Source: an uncultured Prevotella sp.
GTDB taxonomy: Bacteria; Bacteroidota; Bacteroidia; Bacteroidales; Bacteroidaceae
NCBI GenBank assembly: GCA_905372445.1
Contig: CAJPPF010000001.1
Location: 1 to 48,344, forward strand
Reading direction: 5' to 3'
DNA: 48,344 nucleotides
Shown: piece by piece, positions 9,714 to 19,596 of the stretch
How positions within the stretch are numbered: position 1 is the stretch's first letter
Layout of the letters: every line of letters begins with the position of its first letter
Program-made: the position numbers and the translations under genes
Notes under the pieces: model-generated
What the model was told of the DNA's origin: nothing
The model's database searches: none
The model's input: the letters and a program-made list of their open reading frames with translations, nothing else

Positions 9714-11822
9714 ATGAACAATAAAGACGAAAGACCAAAGATGCCTAAGTTCAATATGAACTGGATCTACACTCTGGTAATCATTGCCTTAGCGATACTT
9801 TTCTTCACCGGTGGAGGCGACGCTCTGGCATCAGGTAGCACAGCAGACAAGACATCATACACGAAGTTCAAGGCATATGTCGAACAAGGTTATGCCAGCA
9901 ACGTCGTTGTCAACAAGACAACCAATACTCTGAAGATGTACGTAAAGGCAAAGCATACACGCGATGTCTTCAAGAAGGACATCCGGCAAATGGGCAGAGA
10001 CTCGTTCGTTACCGTCGAATTCGGTAGCGTCGACGAATTAGAGCATTTCCTCAGCGAGCAGCAGCAAGCAAAGAAAATCAATGAGTTCAGCTACGAGAAC
10101 AAAAGCGGTAGCGGACTGATGAATATCCTCATTAACTTCGGTCCTATCATACTGCTTGTAATCTTCTGGTTCTGGATTTTCGGCAGAATGGGGTCCGGTG
10201 GCGGAGCCGGCGGTGGTGTATTCTCTGTAGGCAAGAGCAAAGCAAGGATGTACGAGAAGGGCGGCGACCTTGGAATCACCTTTAAAGATGTTGCAGGACA
10301 AGAGGGCGCCAAGCAAGAAGTGCAGGAGATAGTGGAATTTCTCAAGAATCCGGGTAAATATACCGAGCTAGGCGGAAAGATTCCACGCGGCGCATTGCTC
10401 GTAGGTCCTCCGGGAACAGGTAAGACTCTCCTTGCAAAGGCTGTTGCCGGCGAGGCAGGAGTGCCGTTCTTCTCAATGTCGGGAAGCGATTTCGTCGAAA
10501 TGTTCGTCGGTGTAGGAGCAAGCCGCGTACGCGACCTTTTCAATCAGGCAAAGGAGAAGAGCCCTTGTATCATCTTCATCGATGAGATTGATGCCGTAGG
10601 TAGAGCACGCTCGGGCAAGAACTCTATAGGCGGAAACGACGAGCGTGAGAACACCCTCAATGCCCTACTTACAGAGATGGACGGTTTCGGAACCAACAGC
10701 GGCGTGATAATACTCGCTGCCACGAACCGTGCCGACATGCTCGACAAAGCCCTGCTGCGTGCAGGGCGTTTCGACCGCCAGATCCACGTCGACCTCCCTG
10801 ACCTGCAGGAGAGAAAGGAGATATTCCTTGTTCACCTCAAACCATTGAAGACCGACAAGAGTCTCGATATCGACTTCCTCGCTCGTCAGACCCCCGGCTT
10901 CTCAGGAGCCGACATTGCAAACGTGTGCAATGAGGCTGCTCTCATCGCAGCCCGCCACGACAGCAACACGGTGTCAAAACAGGACTTCCTTGATGCCGTT
11001 GACCGCATCATCGGTGGTCTGGAGAAAAAGACTAAGGTAATAACAGTAGCCGAGAAGCGTGCCATCGCTATCCACGAGGCAGGTCACGCCACCATATCAT
11101 GGTTCTGCGAGCATGCCAACCCTCTCGTTAAAGTGACGATTGTTCCTCGCGGTCAGGCTCTTGGCGCTGCATGGTATCTGCCTGAAGAGCGCCAGATAAC
11201 AACCAAGGAACAGATGCTCGACGAAATTTGTGCCCTCCTCGGAGGTCGTGCTGCAGAGGACGCATTCATAGGACATATCTCTACCGGAGCCATGAACGAC
11301 CTTGAGCGCGCCACAAAGAGCGCCTTCGGCATGGTAGCATACGCAGGAATGAGCGACCGCCTGCCAAACATCTGCTATTACAACAACGACGAATATTCAT
11401 TCCAACGCCCATACTCTGACACCACGGCAAAGATTATCGACGACGAGGTGTTGAAACTCGTAAACGACCAATATGCACGTGCAAAGCAGATTCTCGAAGA
11501 GCACAAGGAAGGTCATAACGAACTGGCTGAACTGCTCATCACCCGTGAGGTCATCTATGCAGAAGATGTGGAGCGCATCTTCGGCAAGCGTCAATGGGTA
11601 AGCCGCACAGAGGAAATAATCGAGGCAAACGAAGCACTGAAAGCAGAAAAAGAAAGAGAACAGGCAGAAAAGCTGGCTCTGGAGAACATGCCCGAGGAGG
11701 TGCGCCGTGCTCATGAGGAGTTTATGAAGCACGCCAATGACAACCGCACAACCGCTGACGCGTCACAGGATGGCAATTACAATAAGAGCGAAAAAATCAA
11801 CAGACAACGAAAAAGACAATGA
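9714..11822 (+). CDS. ftsH: ATP-dependent zinc metalloprotease FtsH
   Basis: Two TM segments, Walker [25 protein letters not shown] zinc motif. Confidence 0.97.
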   Translation: MNNKDERPKMPKFNMNWIYTLVIIALAILFFTGGGDALASGSTADKTSYTKFKAYVEQGYASNVVVNKTTNTLKMYVKAKHTRDVFKKDIRQMGRDSFVTVEFGSVDELEHFLSEQQQAKKINEFSYENKSGSGLMNILINFGPIILLVIFWFWIFGRMGSGGGAGGGVFSVGKSKARMYEKGGDLGITFKDVAGQEGAKQEVQEIVEFLKNPGKYTELGGKIPRGALLVGPPGTGKTLLAKAVAGEAGVPFFSMSGSDFVEMFVGVGASRVRDLFNQAKEKSPCIIFIDEIDAVGRARSGKNSIGGNDERENTLNALLTEMDGFGTNSGVIILAATNRADMLDKALLRAGRFDRQIHVDLPDLQERKEIFLVHLKPLKTDKSLDIDFLARQTPGFSGADIANVCNEAALIAARHDSNTVSKQDFLDAVDRIIGGLEKKTKVITVAEKRAIAIHEAGHATISWFCEHANPLVKVTIVPRGQALGAAWYLPEERQITTKEQMLDEICALLGGRAAEDAFIGHISTGAMNDLERATKSAFGMVAYAGMSDRLPNICYYNNDEYSFQRPYSDTTAKIIDDEVLKLVNDQYARAKQILEEHKEGHNELAELLITREVIYAEDVERIFGKRQWVSRTEEIIEANEALKAEKEREQAEKLALENMPEEVRRAHEEFMKHANDNRTTADASQDGNYNKSEKINRQRKRQ

Positions 11823-12673
11823 GTCAAAAGCTTAAAAATCTTATAGTCCGTTCCATAAGCGGTGCAGCCTTTGTGGCAATCATGATAACCGGCATGCTGA
11901 ATTTCACAGCGATGTTGTTTCTGTTCACACTCATTATCGGTGCGGCAATATGGGAATTCACCGGTCTTGTCAACGAGCGCGACGGCATCACCGTCAACCG
12001 CTTCATCTGCTCCGCTGCAGGAATGTTCCTGAATCTGGCAATGGCAGGATTCTGCTCAGGTCTCACCCCGGCGATAGTATTCGTGCCATATCTCATCACA
12101 ATCATCTATCTCTTCGTGTCGGAGCTATACCTCAAGCAGGAAGATCCTATCCACGACTGGGCGTATGCCATGATGAGTCAGCTCTACATTGCCCTGCCGT
12201 TCGCATGTATCAACATTCTTGCGTTCACCACGGGTGAGTTCTACTGGCTTATGCCACTCAGTGTTTTCATATTCCTATGGTGCAATGACAGTGGCGCCTA
12301 CCTCGTCGGTTCACTTATCGGCAGGCATAAGCTCTTCCCACGCGTAAGTCCCGGCAAGAGCTGGGAAGGCAGCATAGGCGGCGGAATCGTGGTTTTGGCA
12401 GTAGCAGCCCTGCTCGGCAGTATCGAGCCGACGACAGCAGAAGGAATAGGACGTTCAGGAATGAGCATCATCGAATGGATGGGACTGGGATTGGTTGTTG
12501 TGGTGTTCGGTACATGGGGGGACCTTGTGGAGAGTCTTTTCAAACGCACTCTCGGCATAAAAGACTCCGGCAATATCCTACCGGGACACGGAGGTATGCT
12601 CGACCGCTTCGACTCCTCACTGATGGCAATACCGGCATCAGTGGTCTATATCTACACGCTCGGTTTTATCTAA
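11819..12673 (+). CDS. cdsA: Phosphatidate cytidylyltransferase
   Basis: SPGKSWEG and KDSGNILPGHGGMLDRFDS signature. Confidence 0.95.
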   Translation: MSQKLKNLIVRSISGAAFVAIMITGMLNFTAMLFLFTLIIGAAIWEFTGLVNERDGITVNRFICSAAGMFLNLAMAGFCSGLTPAIVFVPYLITIIYLFVSELYLKQEDPIHDWAYAMMSQLYIALPFACINILAFTTGEFYWLMPLSVFIFLWCNDSGAYLVGSLIGRHKLFPRVSPGKSWEGSIGGGIVVLAVAALLGSIEPTTAEGIGRSGMSIIEWMGLGLVVVVFGTWGDLVESLFKRTLGIKDSGNILPGHGGMLDRFDSSLMAIPASVVYIYTLGFI

Positions 12674-12999
12674 GCCAAATCAGTTAATAGATTCCTAACT
12701 GTTTTTGTCTGATTGTGTAGCAGCCCGACAGTCTTGTTACCGTGGGCGAAGGGGCGTGATTTATCACGTTCCGCTTCAGCGCAGAGTCCATTACGCGAGT
12801 TATTTGTTTCTCTGAGATTGCGGAACGTGATAAATCATGCCCCTTCGCCTGCCGGATTGCTTGTTTCCAAGAGGATTTCTTAAGCGTGATAAATCACGAC
12901 CATACAGGTTTCATCCTACTCGATTCATCGCTATAATTTGTTTACCGGACACCAATATTTGATAATAAAAACGCACTGCGGTCTATTGATCGATTTAGT
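12674..12999 (-). mobile_element. Degenerate MITE A copy whose middle is replaced by REP elements
   Basis: Left GCCAAATCAGTTAATAGATTCC...GTCTTGTTACCGTGGGCG and right TTTGATAATAAAAACGCACTGCGGTCTATTGATCGATTT match the MITE A ends. Confidence 0.8.
12745..12849. repeat. REP doublet (family B, REPIN-like); third degenerate arm at ~12884..12905
   Basis: GGCGAAGGGGCGTGATTTATCACGTTCCGC inverted to GCGGAACGTGATAAATCATGCCCCTTCGCC (1 mismatch). Confidence 0.85.
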
Positions 13000-13009
13000 G
13001 TTAACATCG

Positions 13010-14173
13010 TCATACCCTGCCATCTCTTAGCATACGACACATTATACGGGCGGCATTGTCGGAAGCGACAGTGTCGCCTAATTGTTTCTGCACAGCTCTG
13101 TACCCCTCGAGCATTGTCTGCCGAGCAGCCTCTCCAGGCAGAATACGGTTCAGTTCCTCACGAATAAGTGAGGCAGTAAAGCGGTCAGCCATCATCTCAC
13201 TGACCACCTCACGGTCGGCAATAAGATTTACTAAAGAGATGTATTTCACCTTAAAGAAACTATCCCACAGCCATCGGGTAAGGCGTGGCAGAGGGGTCTT
13301 ATACAACACCACCTGTGGAACAGAGAAGCAGCACGTCTCAAGCGTTGCCGTACCACTGGTGACAAGAGCCACCTTGGCATGAGCCAAAAGCGGGAATGTA
13401 GCATCTCTCACGACATGTATATCTGTGCCGTCAATATACTGACGATACACCTCATCGCTTATCGAGGGTGCACCTGCCACTACGAGCGTGTAGCTATCCA
13501 AAAGGTGCCGTGTAGTTTCAATCATCATCGGAAGGTTAGCGTTTATCTCCTGCATTCGCGAACCTGGCAGCAGGGCGATAAGCGGTTTGTCGTCAAGTTG
13601 ATTTTTCTGACAGAAATCACTCTTTGTCTCCTTATATCCGGATAGAAATTCCGCCACCTCATTAGCCGTCGGATTACCCACATAATGCACCGGGTAATCA
13701 TGTCTCTGCTCAAAGAACGGCACCTCGAAAGGCAATATCGAGAACATCTCGTCGACATCACGCTTTAAGTTTTTTATGCGTCCTTCCTTCCACGCCCATA
13801 TCTTCGGACTGATGTAATAGAATATACGTGTGGAGAAGTGTCCCGCTTTCTGCTCATCACGGAGAAACCGCGCTATGTTGAGATTGAAACCGGCATAATC
13901 TACAAGAATCACCACATCCGGCTGCCACATTAGTATGTCGTCCTTACACTGGCGCTGTGCCTTTAGAATCGTCGGCAGATGTATAAGCACAGGAATGATG
14001 CCCATGTAGGCTATTTCCTTGAAATGTCGCACACGACACCCACCTTCGGCAGTCATCAGGTCGCCTCCGAAGAAGCGAAACTCTGCCTCAGCATCTTCTT
14101 TCTTCAATGAGCGCATCAGACGCGAAGCATGCAGGTCGCCCGACGCCTCGCCGACTATGAGATAGTATTTCAT
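13010..14173 (-). CDS. lpxB: Lipid-A-disaccharide synthase
   Basis: GEASGD, YYISPKIWAW, LLPGSR, SGTATLE motifs. Confidence 0.95.
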   Translation of the reverse strand: MKYYLIVGEASGDLHASRLMRSLKKEDAEAEFRFFGGDLMTAEGGCRVRHFKEIAYMGIIPVLIHLPTILKAQRQCKDDILMWQPDVVILVDYAGFNLNIARFLRDEQKAGHFSTRIFYYISPKIWAWKEGRIKNLKRDVDEMFSILPFEVPFFEQRHDYPVHYVGNPTANEVAEFLSGYKETKSDFCQKNQLDDKPLIALLPGSRMQEINANLPMMIETTRHLLDSYTLVVAGAPSISDEVYRQYIDGTDIHVVRDATFPLLAHAKVALVTSGTATLETCCFSVPQVVLYKTPLPRLTRWLWDSFFKVKYISLVNLIADREVVSEMMADRFTASLIREELNRILPGEAARQTMLEGYRAVQKQLGDTVASDNAARIMCRMLRDGRV

Positions 14174-14195
14174 CGCCTACAGAAATTAAAGAGAA

Positions 14196-14957
14196 TCAAA
14201 ACAAACTCAGTTCGCGTAACGCCTTATGATCGGTGAGGTCGACCGTCAGCGGTGTGACGGCACAATAGCCGTTGGCAAGTGCCCAGGCGTCAGTGTCGTC
14301 AGCCTCAGGCTCATCATTCTGATAGAAACCCGTCATCCAGAAATAATCATATTCTCCACGCGGATGAGTGAAGCGTTCTACCTCCTTGCGCCAGTGTCCG
14401 TAAGCCATGCGACACCACCGCAGACCTTTATAATCGTCCGTTACAGGGAAGTTGACGTTAAGGCAAGTATAATGCGGAAGCCCCTTTTCAATCACACTCT
14501 CGACCAACTGACCGACAACTCCAGCCATCGGAACAAAATCGGCATCCTCGCTGTAGTCGCACAGGCTGAACGCTATAGACGGAATGCCCTTCATCGCTCC
14601 CTCGATTACCACGCCCACCGTGCCCGAATACTGTGCGTTCGTAGAGGCGTTGTCACCGTGGTTTATACCACTTAGCACCAAGTCAGGTTTGCGCTTGCAT
14701 ATCTGATTATAAGCCATCTTGAGGCAGTCAACGGGAGTGCCCGAGCAGGAGTAGACCTCAATGCCCGGCTCCGACGATATTTTCTTTAAGTAAAGCACCG
14801 ACGTAGAGAATGCGCGCGACTTGCCGGAGCGCCCTCCGTCAGGAGCACATACGATGATATCGCCGAATGGACGAACCATTTCTATGAGCGACTTGAGACC
14901 TTTTGCGTTGTAGCCGTCATCGTTGGAGATGAGAATCAGTGGTTGTTGGTGTTTCAT
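14196..14957 (-). CDS. surE: 5'/3'-nucleotidase SurE
   Basis: ILISNDDG, GTPVDC, SGINHG, YSGT motifs. Confidence 0.95.
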   Translation of the reverse strand: MKHQQPLILISNDDGYNAKGLKSLIEMVRPFGDIIVCAPDGGRSGKSRAFSTSVLYLKKISSEPGIEVYSCSGTPVDCLKMAYNQICKRKPDLVLSGINHGDNASTNAQYSGTVGVVIEGAMKGIPSIAFSLCDYSEDADFVPMAGVVGQLVESVIEKGLPHYTCLNVNFPVTDDYKGLRWCRMAYGHWRKEVERFTHPRGEYDYFWMTGFYQNDEPEADDTDAWALANGYCAVTPLTVDLTDHKALRELSLF

Positions 14958-15173
14958 TTTTCAAAAAATTGGAAATACAAAAATACATTTTTTTCAGCGT
15001 ATCACCAAGCGTAAAGGCCATTTTTTTGCCTTCATTGCAAAAAACATACAAAGGAGAATAAACATGTTTTGTAAATAAATATTGTCATAAAAACACAACA
15101 TGAAAAACATTGTTCTACGTTTGCAAAATGTACAAACGGTGGTTGTTAAGAAGACAAAAGCATAGCTATGAAC

Positions 15174-15283
15174 ATGAAAGAGCCGGAATGAGATGATAAT
15201 ACCGCCGTTTTCAGGATCAAGAACCATAGGAATAAGACGATAGAAACAGCGGTTTTTGAACTTGGAAACGGCGGTTTTAGAGT
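15174..15283. repeat. Degenerate 22-bp-period array (family D), homologous to the interior of element C
   Basis: Units begin at 15174/15196/15218/15240/15262 (e.g. ATAGAAACAGCGGTTTTTGAAC, TTGGAAACGGCGGTTTTAGAGT); aligns with 34643..34713. Confidence 0.65.
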
Positions 15284-15503
15284 ATGAAAAGTACATATTG
15301 ACAACAGAAGAAAAACTAAAAAACTGAATATCAACAATTTACACGTATTACCATAATTTGCGTATTTGAGTGCAAGGCAGGCGTCGATTGATTCTACGCA
15401 CGTCTCAGAGCGTTGTTTGTCGGTATTTTTCAACACAATACACGGTACACAGATAATGACAAGTTGTTTGAAAACTATAGGTTTGTGTCGGTGTTACTAT
15501 TAT

Positions 15504-15539
15504 CCCAAACCGGTCAATAGACCGCAGTGCCGTTTTGGG
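15504..15539 (+). mobile_element. 36-bp collapsed MITE A (both ends joined)
   Basis: CCCAAACCGGTCAATAGACCGCAGTG + CCGTTTTGGG. Confidence 0.8.
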
Positions 15540-15680
15540 TTAAAAACAAGTGATTCACACAATTTAAATGTCTACATCTCGGTAATCTCATTTTTTTTGC
15601 TTACCTTTGCATAGATAATACCATTCCTTTTGAAAAGGAAGTGCAATACAATTGACATAGATTTAAAGACATATCATTAC

Positions 15681-16445
15681 ATGGGAAAAATCATAGCATT
15701 AGCAAACCAGAAAGGTGGCGTCGGCAAAACCACCACTTCCATGAATCTTGCAGCATCGTTGGCAACACTTGAGAAATCAGTGCTCCTCATTGACGCCGAC
15801 CCTCAGGCAAACGCATCAAGCGGCTTGGGTGTCAACCTGAAAGAAGTGGAGTGCTCGCTCTACGAGTGCATAATCAACAATGCTGACATACACGAAGCTA
15901 TCTATACCACCGACATCGAGGGGTTGGACATCGTCCCAAGCCACATCGACCTCGTAGGAGCAGAGATAGAAATGCTCAATCTGAAAAACCGCGAAAGGAT
16001 AATAAAGAATATACTTGCTCAGGTAAAAGACGAATACGACTACATACTCATCGACTGCAGCCCCTCGCTCGGTCTCATCACAGTGAACGCCCTTACTGCC
16101 GCCGACTCAGTAATCATTCCTGTGCAATGCGAGTATTTCGCACTTGAAGGTATCACGAAACTGCTCAGTACAATTAAAATCATCAAGAGCAACCTCAACC
16201 CACAGCTCGAAATAGAGGGATTCCTGCTGACAATGTACGACTCTCGTCTGCGTCTGGCAAACCAGATCTACGACGAGGTGAAGCGCCATTTCCAGGAGCT
16301 TGTCTTTAAAACCGTCATCCAGCGAAACGTGAAACTCTCGGAAAGTCCGTCGCACGGACTGCCCGTAATCCTCTATGATGCCAACTCGGCAGGTTCAAAG
16401 AACCACCTCTCGCTGGCAAAGGAGATAATTGCAAAGAACAGCTAA
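15681..16445 (+). CDS. parA: Chromosome partitioning ATPase ParA/Soj
   Basis: MGKIIALANQKGGVGKTT, DADPQANAS, IDCSPSL; TACCTTTG box at 15602..15609. Confidence 0.95.
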   Translation: MGKIIALANQKGGVGKTTTSMNLAASLATLEKSVLLIDADPQANASSGLGVNLKEVECSLYECIINNADIHEAIYTTDIEGLDIVPSHIDLVGAEIEMLNLKNRERIIKNILAQVKDEYDYILIDCSPSLGLITVNALTAADSVIIPVQCEYFALEGITKLLSTIKIIKSNLNPQLEIEGFLLTMYDSRLRLANQIYDEVKRHFQELVFKTVIQRNVKLSESPSHGLPVILYDANSAGSKNHLSLAKEIIAKNS

Positions 16446-16499
16446 ACGGCAGTAAGCCACTGCAGGAGAAGAAAGAACGTAAAAGCATACAACATACTT

Positions 16500-17408
16500 A
16501 TGGCAGTTAAAAAGAAATATGTGTCAGGCTCCAAGGGAGCGGCTCTGGGTCGGGGACTTGATGCCCTCATCTCTACCGAAGCCGTAAAGACCGAGGGGTC
16601 GTCGACAATAAATGAGATTCCACTCAACCAGATAGAACGCAACCCCAACCAGCCTCGTCGCGAGTTTGACGAGGACTCACTGCGCGAACTGGCTGAAAGC
16701 ATACGCGAGATAGGCATCATACAGCCTATCACACTGCATCAGACATCGGAAGACCGCTACATGATCATCGCCGGCGAGCGCCGTTGGCGTGCAAGTCATC
16801 TGGCAGGACTGACCACCATACCGGCTTATATCCGCACACTGAACGACGCAAGCATCATGACAATGGCACTTGTGGAGAACATCCAACGTGAGGATCTGAA
16901 CGACATTGAAGTAGCACTCGCCTATCAGCAGATGATGGAAATGGAGCAGATGACCCAGGAAAAAGTGGCAAAGAGCGTCGGCAAGAGCCGCACGGCAGTC
17001 ACCAACACACTGCGTCTGCTACATCTGCCTGCAAAGGTGCAGATGGCTCTCCGCAAGAAGGAGATAACAATGGGGCACGCACGTGCCCTGCTCGCTATCG
17101 AAAGTCCGTCACTACAGGTAAAGGTATTCAATGAAATAGTAAAGAACGGATACAATGTCCGCCAAGTGGAAGAGCTCGCCCAGCGCCTGAAATCAGGCGA
17201 GGACATACAGTCGGGCAAGAAGACAATCAAGTCGGCAAACAAACTACCGGCAGAGTATGAGGACCTGCGCAACCACCTCTCACACTTCTTCGACACAAAG
17301 GTGCAGATGAGCATAACGACGAAAGGAAAGGGAAAAATAAGTATTCCTTTCAGTAGTGCAGAGCAGTTAGAGAGAATCATGACTATGTTCGATAAGATAA
17401 AAGGATAA
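16500..17408 (+). CDS. parB: Chromosome partitioning protein ParB/Spo0J
   Basis: LGRGLDAL, NPNQPRREF, IIAGERRWRA, ALVENIQREDL. Confidence 0.95.
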   Translation: MAVKKKYVSGSKGAALGRGLDALISTEAVKTEGSSTINEIPLNQIERNPNQPRREFDEDSLRELAESIREIGIIQPITLHQTSEDRYMIIAGERRWRASHLAGLTTIPAYIRTLNDASIMTMALVENIQREDLNDIEVALAYQQMMEMEQMTQEKVAKSVGKSRTAVTNTLRLLHLPAKVQMALRKKEITMGHARALLAIESPSLQVKVFNEIVKNGYNVRQVEELAQRLKSGEDIQSGKKTIKSANKLPAEYEDLRNHLSHFFDTKVQMSITTKGKGKISIPFSSAEQLERIMTMFDKIKG

Positions 17409-17422
17409 GTACAGGAACGGTA

Positions 17423-18181
17423 TTGAATACTCTGAAAACAATGTTCAAGACAGGTTTTACAACTTGTGCGCTTATCCTCCTGCCACTCATGACGAGCGCC
17501 CAGGACATGAGCACGACAGTCATGAGCACTGACTCTCTGAAGGTTGACATGCCCGCAACGGCAGAAAAGGAGCCTGCCGAAACGGTGGCGATGGTAGAGG
17601 AAGAGCAGAAAATCACGGCAGACTCGCTGGCTGCAATAATAGGAAAGCCAGCCAGAATGAAACGTGACTGGAACAAGTGGAAGCCAAATCCCAAGCGCGC
17701 CATGTGGCTCGCACTCGTCTGCCCAGGAGCAGGACAGATATACAACCGCAAATACTGGAAACTGCCGATATTTGCGGGGGGCTTCGTAGGGTGTTTCTAT
17801 GCCTATTCGTGGAACAACCAGATGTACTCCGACTACAAGCAGGCATACCTTGACATCACAGACAACGACCCAAACACAAAAAGCTACGAGAAGTTTCTGC
17901 ACCTCGGTTCAAAAATCGACGAAAGCAACATACAACGCTATCAGAACCTGTTCAGTAAGCGCAAAGACCGTTTCCGCCGCTATCGCGACCTGAGCTTCTT
18001 CTGCATTCTCGGTGTCTATGCGCTTAGTGTTATCGATGCCTACGTCGATGCTTCACTGTCGGAGTTCGACATCTCCGACGACCTGAGCCTTCGTATAGAA
18101 CCTGCATTCATCACCAACGGCACATCGCGCAGTCCTCTCCTGAACGGAGCATGGGGCGTTCAATGCAGCCTGAATTTCTAA
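17423..18181 (+). CDS. DUF5683 domain protein (start may be ATG 17441)
   Basis: P.RAMWLALVCPGAGQIYNRKYWKLP and DAYVDA motifs; usual position after parB in Bacteroidetes. Confidence 0.8.
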   Translation: MNTLKTMFKTGFTTCALILLPLMTSAQDMSTTVMSTDSLKVDMPATAEKEPAETVAMVEEEQKITADSLAAIIGKPARMKRDWNKWKPNPKRAMWLALVCPGAGQIYNRKYWKLPIFAGGFVGCFYAYSWNNQMYSDYKQAYLDITDNDPNTKSYEKFLHLGSKIDESNIQRYQNLFSKRKDRFRRYRDLSFFCILGVYALSVIDAYVDASLSEFDISDDLSLRIEPAFITNGTSRSPLLNGAWGVQCSLNF

Positions 18182-18190
18182 AATAAACAA

Positions 18191-19546
18191 ATGACATATA
18201 TGAAGAAACTGAAGTTTTTAATAGCCGCAATGATTATTGCACTCCCTCTCACCTCTTACGCACAGACCGAAGCAGGCGATGAAGAGGACGACGAAGTGGT
18301 CGTTGTCGACGAAACCGACGAATATGACGAGACCGACGAAGAGTCGAAAGAGATAGATATGCCGGAAGGACTTACCGAGGAGCTGGACTCACTGCTAAGT
18401 GCTTACTACAACGAACACTATCTGCAGACCGACGCCGACTGCAATTTCTCTGACGTAAACCCGACCTACAGCACAGAAGTATATCAGCAGCGTCTGGCAA
18501 AACTCCCTACAATAATCGAGATGGCGTATAACGATGTCACACAGCAATTCATCGATCGCTACTCAGGAAAACTGCGTAAGATGGTGAGCGTCATGCTCGG
18601 CGCACAGAATTTCTATATGCCTATTTTCGAACAGGCGCTTGAGACCTACGGACTGCCCTTGGAGCTTAAATACCTTCCGGTCATCGAGTCTGCACTCAAC
18701 CCGAACGCAGTGTCACGTGTAGGAGCAACGGGACTATGGCAGTTCATGCTCGCCACGGGAAAGCAATACGGGCTGGAGGTCAACAGCCTTGTCGACGAAC
18801 GATGTGACCCGGTGAAGTCTTCTTATGCCGCAGCACACTATCTATCAGACCTGTATAGCATCTTCGGCGACTGGTCGTTGGTCATCGCAGCCTACAACTG
18901 CGGACCTGACAATATTAACAAAGCCGTGCATCGTGCAGGTGGCGTGAAGGACTATTGGAAGATATACCCATATCTGCCAAAGGAGACAAGAGGCTATGTA
19001 CCTGCATTCATCGCCGCAAACTATATCATGAACTATTACTGTGAGCACAATATCTGCCCTACCCTGTCAACTATTCCTGCAAAAACTGACACCATAATGG
19101 TCGACCGCAATGTCCACTTCGAGCAGATTGCAGCAGTGACCGGCGTAGACACGAAGAAGATTGCAGCATTGAATCCACAGTATCGACGCAGCATCATCAA
19201 CGGCGAGACAAAACCTTCAATACTTCGTCTTGAGCCACAAGAGATAACAGCCTTTATTGATAATGAGGATTCTATCTACGCTTATCGTGCTGACGAACTG
19301 CTCACCAAGCGTTCTGTTGTGGCTGTAGAGCAGTCAGTACAATACACCCCCACGAGCAAGCGCAGCAGCCGTCGCAGCAGATCGTCGACTCGTAACAGTC
19401 GCAGACACTCGACATCAATACGTCAGGGCGACACTCTGTCATCAATAGCAAAGCGAAACGGCACAACAGTTGCAAAACTGAAGAAACTCAATCCTAACAT
19501 CAAAGGCAGTTCAATCCGTGCAGGAAAGAAGATTCGTATAAAGTAA
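18191..19546 (+). CDS. Lytic murein transglycosylase (MltD-like; SLT + LysM)
   Basis: IESALNP, GATGLWQFM, AAYNCG, ETRGYVP; C-terminal LysM (GDTLSSIAKR). Confidence 0.9.
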   Translation: MTYMKKLKFLIAAMIIALPLTSYAQTEAGDEEDDEVVVVDETDEYDETDEESKEIDMPEGLTEELDSLLSAYYNEHYLQTDADCNFSDVNPTYSTEVYQQRLAKLPTIIEMAYNDVTQQFIDRYSGKLRKMVSVMLGAQNFYMPIFEQALETYGLPLELKYLPVIESALNPNAVSRVGATGLWQFMLATGKQYGLEVNSLVDERCDPVKSSYAAAHYLSDLYSIFGDWSLVIAAYNCGPDNINKAVHRAGGVKDYWKIYPYLPKETRGYVPAFIAANYIMNYYCEHNICPTLSTIPAKTDTIMVDRNVHFEQIAAVTGVDTKKIAALNPQYRRSIINGETKPSILRLEPQEITAFIDNEDSIYAYRADELLTKRSVVAVEQSVQYTPTSKRSSRRSRSSTRNSRRHSTSIRQGDTLSSIAKRNGTTVAKLKKLNPNIKGSSIRAGKKIRIK

Positions 19547-19596
19547 ATACGATATCGCCTCACCGGAATTCATTTTGTTGAAAGGCAAAGAAGAAT

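Noticed and set aside
15681..17408. parAB as a plasmid or ICE marker
   Set aside because: Embedded in the conserved chromosomal surE/parA/parB/DUF5683/mltD/rel context.
16925..17902. Long antisense ORFs (also 22976..23782, 26349..27263, 39011..39718, 43379..44104)
   Set aside because: Shadow frames opposite well-supported genes, with no recognisable motifs.
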